In this document: in pieces, positions 8,690-16,823 of the stretch
Layout: each line of letters starts with the position of its first letter
Position numbering within the stretch: the first letter of the stretch is position 1
Assembly (NCBI GenBank): GCA_040289515.1
Contig: PSLI01000016.1
Span: 1 to 31,829 of the forward strand
Length of the DNA: 31,829 nucleotides
Direction of reading: 5' to 3'
From: Candidatus Sysuimicrobiota bacterium
Lineage (GTDB): Bacteria > Sysuimicrobiota > Sysuimicrobiia > Sysuimicrobiales > Sysuimicrobiaceae
Position numbers and translations under genes: made by a program
The notes under the pieces: model-generated
The model's database searches: none
Told to the model about the DNA's origin: nothing
What the model saw: only the letters and a program-made list of their open reading frames with translations

Positions 8690-8935
8690 GGGTCCGCAGT
8701 CGAGGTGAACAGCTCCCCGCGGTTCGCGTTGGCGCGCGGTGAGACCCCTGCTCACGGTATGGCGGGCAGCTGTCCACACCACGTGCGGGTCGCGCCCCAA
8801 CTCCCAGGGGTCTGGCGCCAGCGGCCGCCGCCGCTCTTCCGGGGCCGGCCAGAAACCATGCCAGGCTTGCCCGACGTAATAGCCTGCGGCAGCACTCCCG
8901 TTTGCTGGCCTCGAAGGCGGCCAGCCAGAAGATGG
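8690..8935 (-). pseudogene. Degraded C-terminal remnant resembling the 4,5-dihydroxyphthalate decarboxylase (OphC/Pht5) family
   Basis: Joining minus-strand frames gives WLAAFEASKRECCRRL..SLAWF / EERRRPLAPDPWELG..AARH / EQ / GLTARQREPR / ELFTST. This resembles my recollection of the family C-terminus (AFE.AK...L..LPW..EE.R.LMG.DPWPYG....RY..EQGL..R...EELF). Confidence 0.5.
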
Positions 8936-9074
8936 TACGTAGGCCCACGCCAATGGATCGTCCCCTCCGCAAGGGGCACAACAGACCGTGGTGGCCACAG
9001 GGTCAGCTACAGGCGCTCCCTCACGCAAGCGCAGTGCCGTGCTCCCGCCGCCTCAGCTTCCGCACGTAGTACTG

Positions 9075-9755
9075 CTAGTTGCGCTCCAGCTGGCGGGGCG
9101 AGTGCAGGTGGGCCGCCTTCTGGGCCACCTCCGCATGCGGCGTCCAGGCGTACGGGCCTAGACACGCGGCTAGGATCTGGAGCTTGGCCGCGCGCTCCAG
9201 CTGCAGGGCGAACAGGGCCGCCTCCTCCACGCTGCTGCCCACGGTGACGATACCGTGGTTGCGCATCAGGCACGCCCGCGCGGATCCCAGGGCGCGGGCG
9301 AGCTCCTCTCCTTGCTCCCGGGTCACCACCAGGTCCGTGGTGAAGGTGTAGCGGGGGACGTCCGGCCAGAACAGGGTACCTTCGTGGCTGACGGGCCGCA
9401 GGGGTACGTAAGAGGCAGCCAGGGCGGTAGCGTAGGGCGGGTGTGTGTGCACCACCGCCATCACGTCAGGCCGGGCTCGGTAGATCTCCGCGTGGATGGG
9501 CAGCTCCGAGTGCAGCGGACCAGTTCCCGACACTCTGCGGCCCTCCAGGTCCACCAGCACCACGTCGTCCGGGGTAACCTCGTCCAGACCTAGCCCGCTG
9601 GCCTTGATCCAGTAGTACGGAGTGCCGAGGTGACGCGCGGACACGTGGCCCTGGGTGATGTCCGTGTGCCCTTCCATGGCCAGCACCCGGCAGGCCACGG
9701 CCACCCGCTCGCGCAGCTGCGCGCCTTCCTGTACCCAACGGTCTTCGGACGCCAC
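9075..9755 (-). CDS. Class II aldolase/adducin-fold protein (possible decarboxylase), probably C-terminally truncated by a nonsense codon
   Basis: GHVSAR, SELPIHAEIY.ARPDV.AVVHTH, LMRNHG (Zn-binding His residues). The frame stays open for 17 more codons after the TAG, to TGA at 9021. Confidence 0.88.
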   Translation of the reverse strand: MASEDRWVQEGAQLRERVAVACRVLAMEGHTDITQGHVSARHLGTPYYWIKASGLGLDEVTPDDVVLVDLEGRRVSGTGPLHSELPIHAEIYRARPDVMAVVHTHPPYATALAASYVPLRPVSHEGTLFWPDVPRYTFTTDLVVTREQGEELARALGSARACLMRNHGIVTVGSSVEEAALFALQLERAAKLQILAACLGPYAWTPHAEVAQKAAHLHSPRQLERN

Positions 9756-9798
9756 CCTTGCACCTCCCCAATATTCAATCTGGGAACTCTTGCTTCGG

Positions 9799-11448
9799 TC
9801 AGCCCAACCCGTCCTCGTGGCCGGTCACCCGCGCGGCCAGGCGGAACACACCCTCCCCGAAGGCGTCGCGGGGCAGGCGGTTGCCCCGCCACGCCACATG
9901 CAGGTCGGGGCGCACCAGGATCAGGTCGAACCGTACACGTCCCGCACGAGTTCGTCGGGTACGTCCAGCACCCCCAGGGGCGCTCCGAAGTACTGAAACG
10001 CCTGCTCCAAAGGTCCGGTGTCCGTGTGCGTGCCGCCCAGGCGGAGCAAGGCGTACCGGTCGTGCGGGAGGCGGTCGTGCAGGGCCGTCCGGTCCCCCAG
10101 CCACAGGTGCGGCAGGCGCGCCCCGGGCCAGGTGGTGGGGCGGTATTCCATGAAGCTGTCCGGGGGCGGGTCGCCGGGCTCGGGCCACACGATGGGGGAT
10201 CCCAGGTAGCGGTAGCCCAGCTCCGTGCCCAGCATCTCGTTGGTCTTGCGCTGCTCCACGTTGGCGATGCGGGCCATCTCCTCACGTGCCCGCTGGCCCT
10301 CGGGGGTGCGGTCCGCGATCCAGGGTTTGTAGGCCGCCCGCCACGCTTGGCGCCCCAGCGCGGCGAAGCGGGCCGCCGCCACCGCTCGTTCCCCCACCGG
10401 GCGCCGTTCCGCCTCGTAGGAGGCCAGCAGCTTGGCACCACCCCAGCCCTTCAGGACCGCGGCCAGCTTCCATGCGAGGTCGGCGGCGTCCCCCACCCCG
10501 GTGTTCGTCCCTAATCCACCCGTGGGGATCACCAAATGGGCCGCGTCCCCGGCCAGGAACACCCGCCCGACCCGGTACCGTTCCGCCAGCAGCAGCTGCT
10601 GCCGCCACCGGCCTGCGTACAGGAGCTCGTAGCGGACTGGCATCCGCACAACCCGCTCGAAGATGCGGGGCATCTCCGCGTCGTCCTCCACCACCGCGTG
10701 CAGGGTGAAGTGGCGGGCGTCGTCCTGCACGATGAGCATGGTCTGCTGGGTATCCGCCACGTGGTAGTGGCGACCCTTGCCGATGGGGATACGCTCGAAC
10801 AGGTCGTGGGAGCGGAACAGGGCCTGGCACAGCTCCCGGATGTTGCCCTCCCCGTGCAGCGGGACGCCCAACAGCTCCCGCACCGTGCTGTTACCCCCAT
10901 CGCAGCCCACCAGGTACTGCGCCCGCACTGCCACCAGGGCTCCGTCGGAGGTCCTGCGGACCTGCGCCGTGACCCCATGGCTGTCCTGGTGGAAGGACAC
11001 CAGCTCATGGCCGTAGCGGACAATGACGTTGGGTAGGGCTTCTACCTCGGCCTTCAAAAGCGGCTCCAGGGTGTACTGGGATGAGCTGGTAGGGCTCCAG
11101 GGGCAGGCTCCCGTCGTTGCGGGACCGGATCTGCGCCTCCGCTTCGGCCACGGAAGGGTAGGGCAGCCGCAGGATGGGCGGATCCACCAGGGAGGTGACC
11201 ACGAACACGTCCATGGGGTAGTGGCGGGGGAACCCTGCCTGCCGGATCTTCTCCGCGATCCCCATCCGCCGGTAGATTTCCATGGTGCGCGCGTTGCAGC
11301 GTTCCATCTTGGGTAGGAACTGGGGTCCCTCCTTGCGCTCCACCAGCACGCACCGGACGCCCCGCTGGCCCAGGTCCAGGGCCAGGGTGAGGCCCACGGG
11401 CCCGGCGCCCACCACGAGCACCTGTGTCTGCCACTGGGCGGTTGCCAT
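9799..11448 (-). pseudogene. FAD-dependent aromatic monooxygenase (PheA/TfdB, FAD_binding_3 family), split by two frameshifts
   Basis: VLVVGAGPVG..LALDL, YLVGCDG..STVR, RVFLAGDAAH...PTGGLG.NTG, PGARLPH, LVRPD.HVAWR. Frames break near 11080 (ATC C CAG TAC) and 9931 (TAC GG TTC). Repaired length is about 550 aa. Confidence 0.85.
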
Positions 11449-11504
11449 GGTGTGTTGCGTCCGCTACTACCCTCTTCGAGGGAAGCCGGCAGCGCAACGG
11501 CCCT

Positions 11505-11521
11505 GTTCGGAAATGCTGAAC
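11505..11521. promoter_or_regulatory. Candidate IclR-type operator GTTC-N9-GAAC upstream of the monooxygenase
   Basis: GTTCggaaatgctGAAC, 57 bp upstream of the ATG at 11448. Same geometry as 14479-14495. Confidence 0.5.
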
Positions 11522-11534
11522 CCGGCCGCCCGGG

Positions 11535-12059
11535 CTACCCCAGCTGAGGGATGATCTCTGCCCACATCCAGATGCCCACCGCGACGGCCGCAATCCCTGC
11601 GGCAGCCCTCACCACGAGGTAAGCCCGCTCCCACCGGGAAGTGGCGGCCAGGGTGGGCGCGGCGATACCCAGGGTGGTGAAGAACATGCCTGCCACCGTC
11701 CCCAGTCCGAACGCCAACAGGTACGCGGCGCTCACGCCCAAGGACGGTGTCGCGGTCATGGCCACCACCGCGGCGGCCCCGCTGCCGGCGAGGCCGTGCG
11801 CCACGCCCACCAGGAAGCTGATCCGCGCTCGCGGTCCGGGGAGCGGGTGGGGATGCGCGTGGTCAGGGCCGTGGACGTGGCGGTGTAAGTGCAGGTGGCT
11901 GGTGCCCTCGTGCTCGTGCAGGTGAAGGGGCACCTGTTCCCGGCGCAGGTTCCAGAGGGTGCGCAGCCCCAAAGCCACCAGCAGCAGCCCGACGCCCAGG
12001 TCCACCCCGTGCTCCCACGTCTGCGGCAGCTGCAGCCGAAGGGCCACCAGGGGCAGACC
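11535..12059 (-). pseudogene. 5'-truncated HupE/UreH/NicO-like nickel-cobalt transporter or urease accessory membrane protein
   Basis: His-rich loop (HLHEHEGTSHLHLHRHVHGPDHAHPH), VG.AHGLAGS and FGLGTVAGM motifs. The N-terminal TM1 HAxDxDH-type motif and a credible start are missing. Confidence 0.75.
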
Positions 12060-12152
12060 GGGGTCAAGCGGCCCGGTCCCGAATAACCGAACCGCGTGCT
12101 TGTACCGAGTCCCCGTGCGTGTCAGGCTAAAAAGCGAAAGGGGGTGGACCGC

Positions 12153-12233
12153 ATGCGGGCTTGGTTCGGGATCTTCACGGAACGGGTGCTGCGGCGGCTG
12201 GGGAGCGTGACCGAATCCCCCACAGGGAGGTGA
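12153..12233 (+). CDS. Small ORF, 26 aa (MRAWFGIFTERVLRRLGSVTESPTGR)
   Basis: AAAGGGGGT RBS upstream of the ATG. The stop overlaps the GGAGGT RBS of the next gene. Not in the supplied ORF track. Confidence 0.35.
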   Translation: MRAWFGIFTERVLRRLGSVTESPTGR

Positions 12234-12238
12234 GATGC

Positions 12239-13245
12239 GTGTGGAGGCGGCTGGAAATCCTGATGGCCGCAGGGCTCCTGGCCCTGGCGGCTGCGGCACC
12301 TTCGCCCGCCGAGGCGGACCTGGTGGCTGCAGCCAAGCGGGAGGGTCGGCTGGTGCTGTACGGGTCTCTTACAACCCTGGAGGTTGTCAACAAGATCTTC
12401 GAGAGCCGGTACGGAATTCCCGTGGAGTACTGGAGGGCCGCCAGCACCCGGGTGCTAGACCGGGTGCTGAACGAGACCCGCGCAGGGCGAACGCTGTTCG
12501 ACGTGGTCCAGACGAACAGCAGCCCCATGATGGTCCTGCGGGAAGCAGGCGCCTTCGCGCGCTACGCCTCCCCGTCCTACGAGCTGTTCGACCGGGCAAC
12601 CCGCGACCCACAAGCCCTGGTTTCCCCCCAGTTCCTGGTAACTCCCATTGGCATCGTGTATAATAGGCGTTTGTGCGCCCGGAGGAGGCTCCCCGCAGCC
12701 TCACGGACCTGTTGGAGCTCCGGTGGAAGGGGAAGGTGGTGATGGCGGACCCCACCCTCCACACCACCACCGCCCAGTGGCTGATGGAGCTGCGGGGGAT
12801 CCTGGGAGCCCAGTGGCGCTCGTTTTTGGAGCAGCTGGCGGGGCAGGTGGGTGCGTACGTGGAGTCCCTCCTCCCGGTGGCAGACCGGCTCGTGCGGGGC
12901 GAGTTCCCCGTGGGCCTCACCTACATCCGTTACGTGTACCAGTTCGGCAAGGAGGGTGCCCCCTTGGACTACGTGCGCCTGCCCGTGTTTCTGGCGGACG
13001 GCCACCGGATCGCCTTGGGGGCTCGCGCGGCGCGGCCCAATGCGGGGAAGCTGTACATCGAGACGCTGTTGAGTCGGGCGGGCTTGCTGGCCCTGGCGCA
13101 GGACGGGGACTTCGTGTCCCTGCCGGGCGTGTACCCGCCCCTCAAGGACGCGGAGAGGTTGCGGATCGTCGCCATGCGGGATTATGACGAGGCCGCCCTC
13201 ACGCGGGCCAGGGAGGAGCTGGGGCGGATCTTCCGCAGGCGGTGA
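12239..13245 (+). pseudogene. ABC substrate-binding protein, third paralog, with a 1-nt frameshift
   Basis: GTG start after GGAGGT, signal peptide, AAAKREGRLVLY...YWRA. The frame breaks near 12673 (TTG TG CGC; adding one G gives YNRRLVRPEEAPR, matching FNTRLLRREEAPR of the 1853 paralog). Confidence 0.85.
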
Positions 13246-13500
13246 CGAAAGGGAAAGCAGCGAGAATTCCGAACGGCAATGGTGCTGGTGGTGGGGATGT
13301 GTGGCAGGCTGTCCGCGGGCCCTGCGGGTTGCGTTCCTGCGGCCCCTGAGCCGCCCGTTCGCCTTGTGGGGGACCAACGCGCGGAACGGCATGCGCATGG
13401 CGGTGGAGGAGCTGAACGCCGCCGGCGGGACCCTGGGGCGGCCCGTGGAGCTGGTGAAGCGGGACGACCGCAACAACCCCGCGGAGGCCATCCGCAAGGG
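13242..13500 (+). pseudogene. N-terminal fragment of a branched-chain amino acid (LivJ/K-type) ABC substrate-binding protein
   Basis: LRVAFLRPLSRPFALWGTNARNGMRMAVEELNAAGGTLGRPVELVKRDDRNNPAEA matches the family N-terminal pattern. No intact start, and similarity ends after about 60 aa. Confidence 0.75.
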
Positions 13501-13624
13501 CCGCTTCGTCCAGCCCGGGGGAGATCTCCCGGTGGGGTGTGTCCGGGATGCGGCTGGATCTAGAAGTCCGAGTTCGGGGTCCCGCGCCTGGACGTGTACG
13601 TGCCGGAGGAGTGACCCGCAGCGG

Positions 13625-14413
13625 TCAGCCGCTGGCGGCCTGCCGCCGCCTCTGGGTGTCTTCGTAGGCGGTGTAGCCCAGCCGGTAGGACACCTCCCGG
13701 CAGGCGGCCACGATGGCCCGGCGCAGCTCGTCCTTTTGCCGGTGGAACCGGTAGGCGGGTACCGATAGGCTCATGGCCGCCACCACCTCGCCGCGGTGAT
13801 CCCGGATGGGAGCAGCCACGCAGCACAGCTCCAAGACCGCCTCCTCGATGTCCAGGGCATAGCCGCGTTCCCGGACCTCCTCCAGCTCGGCCCGCAGCCG
13901 CTCCGGGTCGGTGATGGTGTTGGGCGTCAGCGGCGGCAGCCCCGTGCGGCTCAGCAACGCCTCCACCTCGGGCCACGGTTGGAAGGCCAGCAGGATCTTG
14001 CCCACCGCGCTGCAGTGGGCAGGCAACTCCACGCCGATCCCCGTGACGGACACCTGCACCGCACGGGTACCCTGCAGCTTGTCCACGTACAGCACCCGGC
14101 CCGATTCCATGGTGGCCAAATGCACCGTCTCCCCGAACCGTGCCACCAAGTCCCCCATCACGGGCCGGGCCTCCACCCGGTACTGGGTGGTGGCCAACAG
14201 CGTGGTGGACAGGGCGAGGATCCGCCAGCCCAGCCGATAGCGGCGGTCCGCGGTGCGGCGCAGTAGGCCGATGTCGCACATGGTGCGCAGGAGGGCGTGA
14301 GCCGTGGACTTGGGGATCCCCAGCAACGAGGCTACCTCGCTCACGCTGCGTTCGGGATGGTCCATCCCGAACAGCTCCAGGACCTGCCCCACCCGCCGGA
14401 CCGTACTGAGCAT
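13625..14413 (-). CDS. IclR-family transcriptional regulator
   Basis: HTH VSEVASLLGIPKSTAHALL, YRLG, GETVHLA, LPAHCSAVGK, TITDPERL..EL..VRERGYA.D.EE, CVAAPI. Confidence 0.95.
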   Translation of the reverse strand: MLSTVRRVGQVLELFGMDHPERSVSEVASLLGIPKSTAHALLRTMCDIGLLRRTADRRYRLGWRILALSTTLLATTQYRVEARPVMGDLVARFGETVHLATMESGRVLYVDKLQGTRAVQVSVTGIGVELPAHCSAVGKILLAFQPWPEVEALLSRTGLPPLTPNTITDPERLRAELEEVRERGYALDIEEAVLELCCVAAPIRDHRGEVVAAMSLSVPAYRFHRQKDELRRAIVAACREVSYRLGYTAYEDTQRRRQAASG

Positions 14414-14421
14414 CGTAGGTC

Positions 14422-14427
14422 ATTTTA
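14422..14427 (-). promoter_or_regulatory. Probable -10 box (TAAAAT) of a leaderless or near-leaderless iclR transcript
   Basis: TAAAAT lies 8 nt before the ATG at 14413, with no Shine-Dalgarno sequence in between. Confidence 0.5.
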
Positions 14428-14458
14428 GCCGCTCGTTACGCTGCTCGAAAAGGGCCAT

Positions 14459-14495
14459 GTTCGGAATGAACGGTGTGGGTTCCGCATTGTTGAAC
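14459..14495. promoter_or_regulatory. Candidate IclR operator(s) in the divergent intergenic region
   Basis: GTTCcgcattgttGAAC (14479-14495, near-palindrome TTCCGCA-T-TGTTGAA) plus GTTCggaatGAAC (14459-14471). Confidence 0.55.
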
Positions 14496-14647
14496 GGAGC
14501 CATTGCCGGACCCTCCCCCTCTGCGCCATCTTTGTGCTGCCAGGCAGCTAGCCCGCGGGCGGGTGAACACGGGTTCGCCTGTTGGCGGGCTGTTTGTCAA
14601 CCGGGTGGGCGCTGCCAGGGGATGAAGCGAGGGGAGGGAGGCGCGGG

Positions 14648-15073
14648 ATGGAGGCGTTACCGGAACGGCGCATGTCGGAGGAGGAGCTGCAGCGGCTTCG
14701 GTCCGTGTACGTGGACCTGGTGGGGTTCGTACCGCCCCGGATCCAGGCCCGCACGGAGCTGCTGAGCCGCCTGGACCCCGAAGGTTTGCGCATCCAGGAG
14801 GAGATGCGGCGGCACTTCATGTACCCCAGGTGTTTCGACACCAAGACGGCACAGCTGATGCTGTTCGGCATGCTGCTTGTGAACCTGCAGGACGCGGCCA
14901 AGCTGCACGCCATCGCGGCCCGGCGCGCGGGGGCCACGTGGGAGGAACTGAGTGCGGTGGTGGGGCTGGCCTTCCTGTTCCGGGGCCTGTCGGCGGCCAA
15001 CTACGGGTTCCAAATCCTGCAGGAGATGGCGCAGGTGGAAGCCAGCCAGTCCGAAATCCCGCAGAGGAGGTGA
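14648..15073 (+). CDS. Carboxymuconolactone decarboxylase / AhpD-like family protein
   Basis: [14 protein letters not shown]..., [16 protein letters not shown] pattern, 141 aa, GGAGGGAGG RBS, no CxxC. Confidence 0.8.
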   Translation: MEALPERRMSEEELQRLRSVYVDLVGFVPPRIQARTELLSRLDPEGLRIQEEMRRHFMYPRCFDTKTAQLMLFGMLLVNLQDAAKLHAIAARRAGATWEELSAVVGLAFLFRGLSAANYGFQILQEMAQVEASQSEIPQRR

Positions 15074-15078
15074 GCTCG

Positions 15079-16059
15079 ATGACAGAACCCTTGGTGGCAC
15101 AGCTGGCCCACGTGGAAATCCTGACCCCAAGGCCCGAGCAAACCCTCTGGTTCTTTCACCACCTGCTGGGGATGGAGGAGACCACCCGGCAGGGGCCGTC
15201 GGTGTACCTGCGGGCGTACGAGGACTGGTATCACCACACCTTGAAGGTCACAGAGGGCTCCGAAGCGGCCCTGGGGCACATCGCGTGGCGGGCCTCATCG
15301 GAGGAGGCCCTGGAGGAACTCGTCCGCAGGCTGGAGCGGGCGGGGCTGGGGCGCGGCTGGATCGACGGCGACCTCGGCCACGGCCGCGCCTACCGGTTCG
15401 TTACCCCCGAGGGCCACCCCATGGAAGTCCTGTGGGAGGTGGAGGGCTACCGGCCCCCCGAGGAAATGCGCACCGTTCTGCGGAACCGGCCTCAGAAGCG
15501 GCCCCTGCGGGGGGTGCCCGTGCGCCGCATCGACCACGTGAACATCATGGCGCGTGCGGTGGGCCCCGTGCGGGAGTTCCTCACGGACCTTTTGGGCTTC
15601 CGGCTGCGGGAGCAGAAGCTGGGCAGGGATGGGGAGGAAGTGGGCGCCTGGCTCAGCGTGAGTCCCCTGGTGCACGAGATCGCCGTCATGCGGGACGCCA
15701 CGGGCCACCATGGCCGGTTCCACCACGTGGCGTACTGGTACGGGTACCCGCAGCACCTTATGGACGCGGCAGACGTGATGGTGGACTACGGAGTGCGCAT
15801 CGAGGCAGGGCCGGGCAAGCATGGCACCACCCAGGCCTACTTCATGTACGTGTTCGAACCGGGGGGTGTGCGCGTGGAGCTGTTCGGGGACACCGGCTAC
15901 CTCATCTTCGACCCCGCGTGGAAAACCGTGGTGTGGGACGTATCCAACGAGAGCGACCTGGAGCGCAGCAGCATCTGGTTTGGCGGGGGGCTGCCGGAGA
16001 CCTTCTACACCTACGGGGTGCCCCCCGTAGCCCCGGAGGCTGTGACGGGGCGAAGGTAG
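15079..16059 (+). CDS. Catechol 2,3-dioxygenase-type extradiol dioxygenase (two-domain VOC)
   Basis: [22 protein letters not shown], metal ligands IDHVN / FHHVAY / RVELF, HEIA, GPGKHG...[19 protein letters not shown]. Confidence 0.92.
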   Translation: MTEPLVAQLAHVEILTPRPEQTLWFFHHLLGMEETTRQGPSVYLRAYEDWYHHTLKVTEGSEAALGHIAWRASSEEALEELVRRLERAGLGRGWIDGDLGHGRAYRFVTPEGHPMEVLWEVEGYRPPEEMRTVLRNRPQKRPLRGVPVRRIDHVNIMARAVGPVREFLTDLLGFRLREQKLGRDGEEVGAWLSVSPLVHEIAVMRDATGHHGRFHHVAYWYGYPQHLMDAADVMVDYGVRIEAGPGKHGTTQAYFMYVFEPGGVRVELFGDTGYLIFDPAWKTVVWDVSNESDLERSSIWFGGGLPETFYTYGVPPVAPEAVTGRR

Positions 16060-16073
16060 GAGGTGAGGGAAGC

Positions 16074-16805
16074 ATGGGATGCAGCCCTCTGGAGGCATCC
16101 GGCCTCCCTTTGTTCTTCCCGCTTGACCGGGCAGCGACGGGCCGAACGCCGCCAGCGGCCTCATCGGGCGTGGCGGTCCGGACTGCGGCAGGGTCCCTGT
16201 CCCGCATGCAAAAGGAGGCCTTGGTGGTCACCACCGCTGCAGCCGTGACGTGGCGGCTAGCCAGCGACGAGGCACCCTACCTGCTGGGGGACGACGTGGC
16301 GCCTCCCCCGTTGGCGTTCGTGCGTGTGGGGCCGGTCACCGACTTTGCGGAGAGGCTGCGGCAAGCCGCGGGAGTCCCGGCGGCAGAGGTAACCGTGTTG
16401 CAGGACACCCGGTACACCATGAAGGGCTCCGCTACCCAAGGGGCCCTGCTGCCCGCGGACCCTCCCCCTCGCCCCGACCTGCGGGATCGATTCTCGCACT
16501 TGCGTCCGCAAGGCGACCGCGGTGCCGTGCGGAGGGATGCAGTTACCCCGAAGACGGAGGAGGAAACGAGTTCGGAAGGGTCCAGCTTGGCGGAGACTCA
16601 AGAGCGGAAGGGTCTGCGGGCCTTCCGCGTGATACAGGACACGGGCTTCCGACCGGGAGGCGCTGCCGCGCCCGTGGTGACCCATGCGTACCTGGACACC
16701 GAAGAGGAGGATGCCTTCGCCCAGGAGTTGGTGGCCGTGGGAGGACGCACCTGCTTCGTGCACGGCCGGTGCCGGACGGAGCTGGACGTACGGGTGGTTG
16801 CGTGA
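16074..16805 (+). CDS. OsmC-related protein, possibly internally deleted
   Basis: WRLASDEAPYL.G.D.APPPLA, QDTRYTM.GSA, a repeated VIQDT motif and C-terminal TCFVH. The middle is low-complexity. The ATG follows GGAGGTGAGGG. Confidence 0.6.
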   Translation: MGCSPLEASGLPLFFPLDRAATGRTPPAASSGVAVRTAAGSLSRMQKEALVVTTAAAVTWRLASDEAPYLLGDDVAPPPLAFVRVGPVTDFAERLRQAAGVPAAEVTVLQDTRYTMKGSATQGALLPADPPPRPDLRDRFSHLRPQGDRGAVRRDAVTPKTEEETSSEGSSLAETQERKGLRAFRVIQDTGFRPGGAAAPVVTHAYLDTEEEDAFAQELVAVGGRTCFVHGRCRTELDVRVVA

Positions 16806-16823
16806 CCCGTGGGGAGGTGACGG

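Noticed and set aside
9075..9077. Pyrrolysine or programmed amber read-through at the aldolase TAG
   Set aside because: No pyl genes or recoding signal are visible, and other genes here use TAG as a true stop. A TGG>TAG mutation is simpler.
13530..13615. CPGCGWI*KSEFGVPRLDVYVPEE, weakly like a Trm112-type zinc-ribbon C-terminus
   Set aside because: Too short, interrupted by a stop and without a supportable start. It may be another fragment but cannot be assigned.
16074..16805. Selenocysteine-containing OsmC-like protein
   Set aside because: There is no in-frame TGA within the coding frame.
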